Shown here in pieces: positions 18,293 to 27,510 of a DNA stretch of 64,000 nucleotides (position 1 is the first letter of the stretch; each line of letters begins with the position of its first letter). The position numbers were made by a program, and so were the translations under genes. The notes under the pieces are model-generated. The model ran no database searches, was not told where the DNA came from, and was given only the letters and a program-made list of their open reading frames with translations. Source of the DNA: Candidatus Hydrogenedentota bacterium (lineage in GTDB: Bacteria > Hydrogenedentota > Hydrogenedentia > Hydrogenedentales > SLHB01); contig BTWA01000003.1 of the NCBI GenBank assembly GCA_045863295.1, positions 128,001 through 192,000 on the forward strand, in the 5' to 3' direction.

Positions 18293-20023
18293 TCATGCCT
18301 TGTCACGGGGGCTTTTGCCGGCATCGGTTTTGGACTCTGCCTTGCCGTCTCCGTCGGACTTCACATCGTCGTTAACAGGCTTCATCTTCACGAGATAATC
18401 CGGCATTTCCACGCCGGCGATGTCGCGCATGACGTCGAGCATAGGCGGCAGGCTGCGCGCGAAGTTCTGCAGGAAGTTGGAGGTAGCACTGTGTCCGTTC
18501 TGGCTGCCGCCTTCCCAAACCACGACCTTGTCAAACTTGATGTTGGAGATGGCTTTCGCGGAGGCTTGCGCCAGCCCGTCGAGGTGTTCGAGCATCAGCA
18601 TCTGGAATGCCTCGTTCGATCCGCCGCATGCGTCGATGATCTTTCGCAAACCTTCGCCCTTTTTGGCCAGCTTTTCGTATTCGCCCTTGGCTTCGGCTTC
18701 CAATTTGGCAAAAATGGCGCGGGCTTCGCCTTCTGCTTCAATGCGGCGCTTCTCGGCTTCGGCTTCCGCATTTACGATGGTTTGCGCTTTTTCAGCCTTG
18801 GCCGGCGCTTCCAATTCAGCGCGGCGCTCGGCTTCGATACGCTCGGCTTCGGCAAGCGCGGCCTTGGCCATGGCGCGGTTTTGCGCTTCGAGCACGGCGG
18901 CTTCCGCCTCGCGCTTTTTCGATTCGCCGGTTTGATAGGCCTCGGCCTGTTTCACTTGGAGTTCGGCATTGGACGCCGCGACGAGAGCGCGGGATTTGTT
19001 TTCGCCTTCGATGGCGGCCGCGTCGGCTTGCGCGATGGCGATACGTTTCTCGCGGTCGGCCGATTTTTCGCCGGTGACCGCCGTGGCGTCGGCTTCCGCG
19101 ACCGAGATACGCATTTGCCGCTCGGCATCTTTTTCGCCTTTGACCGCATGGGCATTGGCCTCGGCGACGGAAATACGCATGGCGCGTTCGGCTTCTTTTA
19201 CCTGTGTCTCGCGTTCGTAGGCCGCGCGTTGTTCGCCGATGGCCTGTTCTTTCTGCAATTCGGCGATGCGAACGGCTTGTTCCCGTTGCGCTTCCCGTAT
19301 ACCGACTTCTTTCAACTTGGTCGCATCGGCCACTTTGACATATTTCTCGCGTTCCGCATCGGCCACGCGCACTTCGCCGAGTTTCTCCTGTTCGGCGACG
19401 TCGCCGCGGGCCTGTTGCACAGCCTGGGAAGCGGCCTTTTGCCCGATCGCTTCGATGTATCCAGCGGTATCGGTGATATCGGTGATGTTGACGTTAATCA
19501 GCACAAGGCCAATTTTCCGCAATTCCGGTTCCATGGACTCCTGAATACTGTGCAGGAACTTCTCGCGGTCGCGGTTGATTTCCTGAATGCTCATGGATGC
19601 AATTACCTGGCGCAATTGGCCGAGAATGATGTCTTCCGCCTGCTTCTTGACTTCCATGCCGTTCAGACCCAACAAACGGATCGCCGCGTTTTGCATGGCT
19701 TCTGGTTCCGTGCCAATCGCGACGGTAAACACACTGGGCACATTGACGCGGATATTTTCGATCGATAGGGCATCTTTCAGCGGTACTTCAATCTGAATGG
19801 GTTCGAGACTGAGCCAACCATAGTCTTGTATGAGCGGGATTATGAACGCCGCGCCGCCGTGCACGCAACGGGCCGCCTGGCCGGTGCGTACCTGGCCATA
19901 AATGACCAGCACCTGGTTGCTGGGGCAACGTTTGTAACGGGTGGCGAGCATGAGCACAAAGCCCACAAACAGCACCACAAGTGCAAGCACAATGGCGGCG
20001 ACCCAAATGTTGTCGAACGGCAT
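18293..20023 (-). CDS. Flotillin (SPFH) family protein
   Basis: N-terminal TM, SPFH core (HGGAAFIIP, NRDREKF, NVNITDI), long AEA-rich coiled coil. Confidence 0.93.
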   Translation of the reverse strand: MPFDNIWVAAIVLALVVLFVGFVLMLATRYKRCPSNQVLVIYGQVRTGQAARCVHGGAAFIIPLIQDYGWLSLEPIQIEVPLKDALSIENIRVNVPSVFTVAIGTEPEAMQNAAIRLLGLNGMEVKKQAEDIILGQLRQVIASMSIQEINRDREKFLHSIQESMEPELRKIGLVLINVNITDITDTAGYIEAIGQKAASQAVQQARGDVAEQEKLGEVRVADAEREKYVKVADATKLKEVGIREAQREQAVRIAELQKEQAIGEQRAAYERETQVKEAERAMRISVAEANAHAVKGEKDAERQMRISVAEADATAVTGEKSADREKRIAIAQADAAAIEGENKSRALVAASNAELQVKQAEAYQTGESKKREAEAAVLEAQNRAMAKAALAEAERIEAERRAELEAPAKAEKAQTIVNAEAEAEKRRIEAEGEARAIFAKLEAEAKGEYEKLAKKGEGLRKIIDACGGSNEAFQMLMLEHLDGLAQASAKAISNIKFDKVVVWEGGSQNGHSATSNFLQNFARSLPPMLDVMRDIAGVEMPDYLVKMKPVNDDVKSDGDGKAESKTDAGKSPRDKA

Positions 20024-20072
20024 GACAGGCTACCTCTGGTTGATTGGTGATCGGACTGCGATTGCCCTGCAA

Positions 20073-20636
20073 TTAAAGGTACGCCAGATCCCGGTCATTC
20101 GAGGACTCGACCAGGAGCGTATCGGGCCCCGCGACCCCCACGATCTCCACCATTGAGCCGGTGGGCAAATCGGTTTCCCCTTCCGTTACTGCGGTGTATT
20201 CGAGCGTGCGGTCTTGCACGGTGACCGTCACTTTACCTTTGCCTTTTTGAGATCCGGGCACGCTGAGGTATACCACCGCAGTACGGCCGATGGCGTTCTC
20301 AATGCGGGCGGTGCCTTCGGACTGCAGCGACATCAGCAGGCGCATGATCCACGCGACCAGTACCATGGCGAATGCGCCGCCGGTGAGCCCGGTCAAGATG
20401 GAAAAGCCGGTGCCCAAACCGGTTTCCGAGGCCGCAAGCCCTCCCAGTCCGAAGAATGTAACGGCCGCGACAAGGGCTTTGAAGCTAAGTACGCCAAAAA
20501 ACCAAGATGAATCGTGGCTGAGATCGTGGCCATCGCCAATATCGTGGTCGCCGCCCAAACCGGCCACCATGAGAAGGAGTTGCACGACCAGTATCGCACC
20601 GCCGCCCAGACCGCAAATCAAGAACAACGTCGTCAT
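20073..20636 (-). CDS. NfeD-like membrane protein (short form)
   Basis: TM segments, FFGLGG, C-terminal OB fold IG..A.VYL.VP...GKV, LPTG..V.I.V; directly upstream of flotillin. Confidence 0.88.
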   Translation of the reverse strand: MTTLFLICGLGGGAILVVQLLLMVAGLGGDHDIGDGHDLSHDSSWFFGVLSFKALVAAVTFFGLGGLAASETGLGTGFSILTGLTGGAFAMVLVAWIMRLLMSLQSEGTARIENAIGRTAVVYLSVPGSQKGKGKVTVTVQDRTLEYTAVTEGETDLPTGSMVEIVGVAGPDTLLVESSNDRDLAYL

Positions 20637-20678
20637 TGCGTTAACCCCCCAAGTCCGCAGGTTACGCCATCAAGCATA

Positions 20679-20707
20679 ACAATAGGACAGGAAATCCGCG
20701 AATTCAA
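20679..20707 (-). promoter_or_regulatory. sigma70-type promoter for nfeD-flotillin
   Basis: Minus strand TTGAAT-N17-TATTGT. Confidence 0.45.
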
Positions 20708-20805
20708 GGGTTCCCGGCACACACTATCGTCCATCATCTCACGGGTTTATGCGCACCGGCGAGCATCGATACGCCGCACCCGTCGAATCCCATTCGACTG
20801 CAACC

Positions 20806-22542
20806 CTAACGTCCCCAACGCTGTATCAAGGGGTGTCGAATCTCGGTGCTCGCGTTATCGATGGCTTGGTAGCGCTTCTTTCCTTTGTCGAGGTAGAACG
20901 GAATAAAGGCCATCTTTTCAAGGTAGGTGGACCCCGGCTCCACCTGGATAAGGGGACCTCGCTGATAGTCGCTAAACGGATAGACAAGGCCGCGGGTGAA
21001 GTAGGTGAGGGGGATTTGCCAGAAGTGATGGTAGTACAAATAGAATGCGCGGCGGTGAAGGGTCGCCTCGCCCCGCTCCACACTGAACGCTTGCGACGAT
21101 TCGATGGCCGTGCCTACACCGTATCCCTTGGCTTCGTTCGTTAGTGCCAGCCATGGCACGTCGTGCTCCACGCGGGTTGCCCATTCATCCTGCCAGTTCG
21201 GGCCGTGCATGGTGCGATTGATACGAAGTTTGCCGGTGCGTTCACGCCAGACGAAGTGGTCCACCAGGTGCGAGTCCAGCACAATTTCACCGTTGCGTAT
21301 GGCGGAGGCATTCAGCCAGTCCCGTACTTCCAGCACGGTGGTTGTATCAACATACGGAACGCCCGCATAAAACGTATAGGTGACCGAGGCATACACCTGG
21401 GGGGTCCATTCGGGCATGCGCCCGCGATTGGTTACGCGGAACATGAGCGGGCCGCGCGTGCTGACGGTGGTCTGTTCGGGCGGATCCCAGGCGAATGTGT
21501 GCCCCCACTTCCCGTTGTCGGAGAAGGAATCCGGATTCCAATGGACCGCGGCACTCATCGAGTTGGTAAGCAGCGGCGCATCCACCTCGTCGCGGCCTTT
21601 CAATTGAAACGACGCGATTTGCCCTGACTTGTCGTCGAGATCGACAATGAAGTATTCGTTCTCCACGACGGCGCCCAGCGATTCTCCCGTCACTTTCATA
21701 TCGGCCTCGGCCGGCTTCAGGGTCTCTGCGTCTGGATTGTCATAGAGAAACACGTAGGTCTCTGATTCTTTCGCGTCCACTTTCGCGAAAAAAACCGTAT
21801 CAACCGACTTGGATGGATGCTTCAAGTAGTCCGTATTGGCGGTACCGGTGGGGGTGCCTTCAAATTCCTTTGGATTGAACACTTGAAACGGGACGGGAAT
21901 CAACGCGCCGCTTTCCTTGTCCACACGCACAATGCGAAGCTCCCTGGCAAGATCCGCACAATCTTCCGCGCGCACGGCAATAGTACATTCGACCGGCTCA
22001 TTTTCGCGTGCCAGCCCGGCCTCTTCATGCAATACGACAGATTGATACCGTTTCCAGCCGGTTGTGACGCCGCCCGTTTCCGGTGCGCGCGCCGCAAACG
22101 TCTTCAATACGGTCTGCGATCCGGCTTCATTGGTGTAAGTGATTTGAACGTGGATCTGTACTTCCTCACCGCTGTGCCAGGCCGAGCGCGTAACCAGGAC
22201 GACATTTTTTGCTGTGGCGCTATCACGCGTTATCCAACCGGATTGGACGTGAGAGAAGCCGTCTCTAAAGAGGTAAAATGAATCTGACGCAGTACGGTTT
22301 ACATGTACGGAGGCAACCGTTGCCGAAGTCCCCTCCGTCCAGTCGCCCAACGGAACGACGATTTCGTAGTACGGATACTCCGAGGTTGGCGCGACAAACG
22401 TAATCTCATCAACATCTTTTGGGTCGTATGGCGTGTTGTACAGCACATTGCCATCGCCCACATCGCGGCCCACTTCGACGGAGGCCGGCTTCGCCCACGC
22501 GACTGCCGAAATCAGCAACATACTCAGGATTATGCGATGCAT
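20806..22542 (-). CDS. Secreted hypothetical protein (paralogue A)
   Basis: Signal peptide MHRIILSMLLISAVAWA; GAGAGG SD; motifs shared with 22597-24792. Confidence 0.85.
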   Translation of the reverse strand: MHRIILSMLLISAVAWAKPASVEVGRDVGDGNVLYNTPYDPKDVDEITFVAPTSEYPYYEIVVPLGDWTEGTSATVASVHVNRTASDSFYLFRDGFSHVQSGWITRDSATAKNVVLVTRSAWHSGEEVQIHVQITYTNEAGSQTVLKTFAARAPETGGVTTGWKRYQSVVLHEEAGLARENEPVECTIAVRAEDCADLARELRIVRVDKESGALIPVPFQVFNPKEFEGTPTGTANTDYLKHPSKSVDTVFFAKVDAKESETYVFLYDNPDAETLKPAEADMKVTGESLGAVVENEYFIVDLDDKSGQIASFQLKGRDEVDAPLLTNSMSAAVHWNPDSFSDNGKWGHTFAWDPPEQTTVSTRGPLMFRVTNRGRMPEWTPQVYASVTYTFYAGVPYVDTTTVLEVRDWLNASAIRNGEIVLDSHLVDHFVWRERTGKLRINRTMHGPNWQDEWATRVEHDVPWLALTNEAKGYGVGTAIESSQAFSVERGEATLHRRAFYLYYHHFWQIPLTYFTRGLVYPFSDYQRGPLIQVEPGSTYLEKMAFIPFYLDKGKKRYQAIDNASTEIRHPLIQRWGR

Positions 22543-22596
22543 ACATAAACCTCTCATAGGGTTGACAGTCATTGTACGGCCACAGCTTCGCGACGA

Positions 22597-24792
22597 TTAC
22601 TCTTTGTGTTCACTGCCATCTGTTCGGACGCCCACGCCTTCGTCGAACGGCATTGTGAGAATGGGCATAACCCAAACCGCGGGTGTGCGAGCATCAGTTC
22701 CCATCCACTCCGTAATGTCCAGTGGATTGTTCAGCTTGGTGCATAGCACTTTGATATCCGCAAAGGGATCATCGCCATTGGCGAAACGGAATGGTACCCA
22801 TGCCATTCTTTCATAATAAAAGCTGCCCTTACGCACTGGCATCATGCGTGTAAAGTTCATCCCGCCAAACGGATAAACGAGTGGGCGTGACCAATAGATC
22901 CAAGGTCCATTCTGGACGTAGTAGTAGGGTTGAGTGAGGCTGGGTTCCTTGGCATACCTATTGCCGCATTCGAAAGCGAGTGAGATTTGCGCAAATCCGA
23001 CGCCTTTCTCCCGGTTAATCAGTGCCATCCAAGGCGTGTCGGCCGGAATCTCGAGCGCGTGAATCGGGTGCTTCCGGGACGTCTCAACATCCAGGGTGCC
23101 GACATGGCCAAGCGGATCTTGCCAAACAAATTCATTTAACACGGCGTGGTTGAATACAAGTTCGCCATTGCGCACCGCCTGAACAAACTGTTCCGCTTGC
23201 ACTTCCATCAAAGAAGTCATGACAGTGTAAGGCTGTTGAGCATAGAATTCATAGGAAACGGCCGCGTGAACATTGTCAATGAATGGCATGGCCGCGTGAC
23301 GTTCGGTGCGATGCATAATTGGGCCGGTCTTCTGGTCCATTGCGGGCTTTTCCCAATCGCTTATGTGGACCCAGGGCTTGGGCGGCGGGTAAAAATCCGG
23401 ATTCCAGTGTACGGCACCGTTGGTTTCCAGTTTGTGCTCCAATAACACCGGATCCCCGTTACCCAAAACCGTTACCTGCTCGACAGAGCCGCTGTTCACC
23501 GAGAGAAAATACCGGAACCACTTGTTTTCCACCGTCTGGCTCAGACCCTCGCCGCCGGTGATTTTCAGATCGCTATCATATGCCGGCGCTTCGGCCTTGG
23601 GATTTCCATACACGACGTAGTAGATCCGCTCTTCATACGGAAGCACATCCGCCAGAAACACTAACTCAACCGTGGTCGTTGCATCGTACCGGTGCAGCCG
23701 CTCCTTGGTCTCCGGGTCAATTTCGACAATGGCCAGTACTTTCTCGTCTCGCCAGGTCTCTACGTTCTTCACCTGCACTGGCGCCATCACGTAGCCGTCG
23801 GAGCCAGCCTTTGGATTGGTGGGATCGTAGGTGACTATGCGAATTTCCTTTGCCGGATCGGTGATGTCATCGGCAAATAGTCCCAGCGCAAGGTGGACCG
23901 GCTCGCCCTCGCGCCGGAGCCCGGCGGTCTCATGCAGCTTAATGGACACAAAATGCGGCCAGTCGGCATTCCAATAGCCGCCGCTGGCCGGCGCCGTGCC
24001 CTCAGCCTCGTACGTCGACTCCGCACCCGACTTGTCTTTCCAAGTGACTTTAACTGCGTGCTTCGACCCGTTGGTCCAGGTCACCGGGGCCACCACACGA
24101 AAATTGCGGTTGCCCCCGATGTGGCCGGTATAGCTTTCTCCTTCGGGAATCTCGGATGCGGCCTTTTTCTCCGGGTGCTCCATACCTTCATTAAAGTAGC
24201 GCGCATCGCGGTTCCACACGCCGTCCACCTCCACGCGCGTGACCTCGCCGGGCTGTACAATTTCCTTGGGCACGTTGAATGTAACATGATGATACGGGAA
24301 TTCCGGCGAGGGTCCGCCGAATCCTACCGAAGTGGCTCCGTAGGACTCGGGCGCGGCTGCATTTACCGCGAAGTGCACGGGCGTGCCCTTCTCGCTTGTG
24401 CCGTCCACAGCGACTTCGTACGGTTTGCCCGGTTGCCATTGGCTGTAGGCATAGATGGCGAACGGCTCGGTGCCATGCACGACGCGATGCTTATTCATGA
24501 TTCCCAGGTTCAGGACAATGAAGCGCTCGGCGGGACTGCCGTTGATGGTGACTTTGTCCACCTTGAAGGGATCGGTTTTGGGCATGGCGAACTCAGCAAC
24601 CAGATCGTACGGCATGCGGTCCAGTTGGTTGACGCCTTGAAACTGCAGCGAGTCGGGTTTGGCGGGTGCGCCGTCTTCCCCGTATCCCGACGGCCGGGGA
24701 TGCAATACCGGATTAGCCGCGACGGCGGCGGCGCACAGGCAGAAAAACATCGTTGCAATGAGCGCATCTCTTAGAATACGCACCTTCCGCAT
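22597..24792 (-). CDS. Secreted hypothetical protein (paralogue B)
   Basis: Signal peptide MRKVRILRDALIATMFFCLCAAAVAA; GGGAGG SD; motifs shared with 20806-22542. Confidence 0.85.
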   Translation of the reverse strand: MRKVRILRDALIATMFFCLCAAAVAANPVLHPRPSGYGEDGAPAKPDSLQFQGVNQLDRMPYDLVAEFAMPKTDPFKVDKVTINGSPAERFIVLNLGIMNKHRVVHGTEPFAIYAYSQWQPGKPYEVAVDGTSEKGTPVHFAVNAAAPESYGATSVGFGGPSPEFPYHHVTFNVPKEIVQPGEVTRVEVDGVWNRDARYFNEGMEHPEKKAASEIPEGESYTGHIGGNRNFRVVAPVTWTNGSKHAVKVTWKDKSGAESTYEAEGTAPASGGYWNADWPHFVSIKLHETAGLRREGEPVHLALGLFADDITDPAKEIRIVTYDPTNPKAGSDGYVMAPVQVKNVETWRDEKVLAIVEIDPETKERLHRYDATTTVELVFLADVLPYEERIYYVVYGNPKAEAPAYDSDLKITGGEGLSQTVENKWFRYFLSVNSGSVEQVTVLGNGDPVLLEHKLETNGAVHWNPDFYPPPKPWVHISDWEKPAMDQKTGPIMHRTERHAAMPFIDNVHAAVSYEFYAQQPYTVMTSLMEVQAEQFVQAVRNGELVFNHAVLNEFVWQDPLGHVGTLDVETSRKHPIHALEIPADTPWMALINREKGVGFAQISLAFECGNRYAKEPSLTQPYYYVQNGPWIYWSRPLVYPFGGMNFTRMMPVRKGSFYYERMAWVPFRFANGDDPFADIKVLCTKLNNPLDITEWMGTDARTPAVWVMPILTMPFDEGVGVRTDGSEHKE

Positions 24793-24864
24793 GGTGGTTC
24801 CTCCCAAGTCGATCGGTCAGTTAAGTGGGTTCGATGCACGCGAACCGCTTCTTGCGCACGCATA

Positions 24865-24932
24865 ACCATAGCGCGATGCAAACGCACTGTCAAAGCCCAA
24901 ACTTGACAGGGGGACCACGGAGAAGCGATACT
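24865..24932. promoter_or_regulatory. Divergent sigma70-type promoters
   Basis: Minus: TTGACA(24893-88)-N17-TATGGT; plus: TTGACA(24903-08)-N18-GATACT; the two -35 boxes form CTGTCAA-N9-TTGACAG. Confidence 0.5.
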
Positions 24933-25049
24933 GTTTTTATTGCGTGGGCGAGTATGGGCACGCATGCCCGGATAGATTCGATCCGGGTTCTGGTCCGCAG
25001 GACCTGCCTTCATTTCATACGGGACCAAACTCCTGCAAGGAGAGTAGTT

Positions 25050-25952
25050 ATGTCTCGTCCCCTGATTTCAGTGTGTCTCAATACCTATCGGCGGCCGATG
25101 GTGTACGATTGTTTGCAGTCTATACAAAGCCAAGTCTTGCCGCCGGAGGTCAGCCTCGAAATTGTGATTTCCGACAATGATGCGGACGGATCCGGCCGCG
25201 AACATGTGGATCGCTTTCGATCGGAAGGCGGGCTGCCCGTTTCGTACGCCGTAGTGCCGGAGAAAAACATTGCGGTCGCGCGCAATGATGCATTACGGCG
25301 CGCGCAAGGAGATTGGATTGCATTCATTGACGACGATGAAACGGCCGATTCAAATTGGTTGAACACGCTTTACACCTACGCCTTGGAAACCGGCGCGGAT
25401 GTGGTGCTGGGATCTGTGAAAGCTCATTATCACGCGGGTGCACCCTCCTGGTTTGTTCGCGCGGATCCTATGTCGAAATGTTGGGGGCCCAAAGGCACCC
25501 GGATGTTCACGGGTTCGACCTGCAACGCCTTTGTGCGGCGCGCGGCGTTGGATCGGCTGGACGGCTATTTCGATCCCACGCTGGGAATTGTCGGAGGCGA
25601 TGACGCCGATTTGTTCGCACGTCTTGCCCGTACCGGTGCTGTCATCCTGATGTGCCCGGATGCGAGAGTGTTCGAAGACACCCCCCCTGCCCGCACGACA
25701 CTGGACTATCAGCGGCGCCGGGCATTGCGCGTGGGTCAGACCTATGCGCGCATCATGTTAAAAAGTCGCACTCCGGCAGCGGCCGCCTGGTTCTATGCCA
25801 ATGCTTGGATTCGATGGGTGGTGCTGGCCGTTTCAACGCCCGTCATCCGGCCGTTTCGCCGCGACGTGGGACTGCGTCTGCAAATAATCTCCTGGCGGAA
25901 CGCCGGCAAGATTCGTGAATTGCTTGGCCGGGAAATTGTACAGATGTACTGA
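25050..25952 (+). CDS. Family 2 glycosyltransferase (ExoM-like)
   Basis: TYRRP, DND, NIA.ARN, AFIDDDE, FDP..G..GGDD motifs. Confidence 0.9.
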   Translation: MSRPLISVCLNTYRRPMVYDCLQSIQSQVLPPEVSLEIVISDNDADGSGREHVDRFRSEGGLPVSYAVVPEKNIAVARNDALRRAQGDWIAFIDDDETADSNWLNTLYTYALETGADVVLGSVKAHYHAGAPSWFVRADPMSKCWGPKGTRMFTGSTCNAFVRRAALDRLDGYFDPTLGIVGGDDADLFARLARTGAVILMCPDARVFEDTPPARTTLDYQRRRALRVGQTYARIMLKSRTPAAAAWFYANAWIRWVVLAVSTPVIRPFRRDVGLRLQIISWRNAGKIRELLGREIVQMY

Positions 25953-26016
25953 TTCCGTGGTGGTCCCGTTGATACACTAGGTTTGGCTGCCAATACGTAT
26001 ACCGGGAACCTCCGTC

Positions 26017-27468
26017 ATGTCCGATCCAATTCCGTCTGTTGCCGCCATTCTGATGGCGGAAGGCGACCCTGACAGAATCCTCCTCGTCCGAAGAAATCTT
26101 GTGCTCCGGTTTATGGGGGGATTCCACGTCTTCCCGGGAGGGCGCATCGAAGCTCAGGAAAGTACGCTGAATGTCGACGCGGCAGACCATGCCGGACACG
26201 CGGCCGCGATCCATGCCGTAGCGCGAGAAGTATTCGAGGAGACTGGTATTCTTTGCACGCGCGGCCCGAGGCCGCCGGCAGAAGAACTTCACGATATGCG
26301 GGTAAAACTATTGGCAGAGGCCATTACGTTTGACGATGTTCTCCTTCGCTCCTCTCTTCGAATACACGCGGCGGATTTCAGACCTGCGGGCCGCTGGGTT
26401 ACGCCACCGTTCATGCCTATTCGTTTCGACACACAATACTTTTTGTATAGCTGCGAGACGCCGGCCGATGTGCAAATCATTGAAGGCGAAATCATCGACT
26501 TTGGTTGGTACTCTCCAGAGGAGGCGCGCACATTGTGGCAGAAGGGAAGCATAAAACTGCCGCACCCGGTGGCTTTCGCATTGCGCCAATTGTCGCTTCG
26601 CGACCGGCCGGATCTCTTGGACCGGCTCTGTGAGACCTCCGTGAGCAAAGATTCAAGTATCGGACGCATTGAAACACGCAGAGGAATTCACGTATTACCG
26701 CTGGAAACATCGGGCTTGCCCCCGGCCACGCATACGAATTGCGTCCTTGTGGGCGAAGATGATCTGTTTGTAATCGATCCGGGACCGGGTCCGGGATCTG
26801 GGCGTATAGGTTTGCTTGATCAGCTTGACCAACTGTGCCGCAACGGCGCCCGAATACATGCCGTACTGCTCACCCACGGCCACCCCGATCATGTGGGATC
26901 AGCGGAATGGGTAAAGGCTCACTGCGGGGCTCCTATATGGGCACACCGGAACACGAGGCTCAGTTTCGCGCCTGATCGATACCTCGAAGACGGCGACGTG
27001 ATTCCATTGGCCGGAGATCCGGGATGGCGGCTACGCTGCCTTCACACACCGGGTCATGATCCGGGTCATCTCTGCTTTTTCGAAGAGTCCACTCGAACGG
27101 TCATTGCGGGGGATTTGGTTTCCGGTCACGGATCCGTGGTCATTGCGCCGGACAACGGAGGTGAGATGACGGCCTATCTGGCAAGTCTTCGACGCGTACA
27201 GGCAATCGCGGCCAAACTGATCATTCCCGCGCACGGATTCCCCATAGGCAAGCCCGATGAATTTATCCTGAATACCCTAGACCATCGGCTCACTCGGGAA
27301 GCGAGGATAAAGGCCGCCCTGGACGGCGGTCTCGAAACGGAAGAGGCCCTGTTGGCAGAGGCATACAAGGATGTTCACGAATCGTTGTGGCCGCTGGCGC
27401 GACAGAGTCTTCGCGCCCACCTTGCACGTCTGCGGGCGAACACGGTTGAACAAAAAAGCCCGGATTGA
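26017..27468 (+). CDS. NUDIX hydrolase fused to metallo-beta-lactamase-fold (LACTB2-like) domain
   Basis: VFPGG, REVFEETG, WVTP...RFDT; THGHPDH, HTPGH, AGD, PAHG; C-terminal helical domain. Confidence 0.9.
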   Translation: MSDPIPSVAAILMAEGDPDRILLVRRNLVLRFMGGFHVFPGGRIEAQESTLNVDAADHAGHAAAIHAVAREVFEETGILCTRGPRPPAEELHDMRVKLLAEAITFDDVLLRSSLRIHAADFRPAGRWVTPPFMPIRFDTQYFLYSCETPADVQIIEGEIIDFGWYSPEEARTLWQKGSIKLPHPVAFALRQLSLRDRPDLLDRLCETSVSKDSSIGRIETRRGIHVLPLETSGLPPATHTNCVLVGEDDLFVIDPGPGPGSGRIGLLDQLDQLCRNGARIHAVLLTHGHPDHVGSAEWVKAHCGAPIWAHRNTRLSFAPDRYLEDGDVIPLAGDPGWRLRCLHTPGHDPGHLCFFEESTRTVIAGDLVSGHGSVVIAPDNGGEMTAYLASLRRVQAIAAKLIIPAHGFPIGKPDEFILNTLDHRLTREARIKAALDGGLETEEALLAEAYKDVHESLWPLARQSLRAHLARLRANTVEQKSPD

Positions 27469-27510
27469 TCGTCAATCCGGGCTTGTCCTGGCCAACGACT
27501 TGTTCTTACC

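Noticed and set aside
18491..19768. 425-aa antisense ORF (and similar long shadow ORFs at 32548-33567, 60925-62025, 54285-55196)
   Set aside because: Antisense or alternative-frame shadows of well-supported genes, as expected in GC-rich DNA
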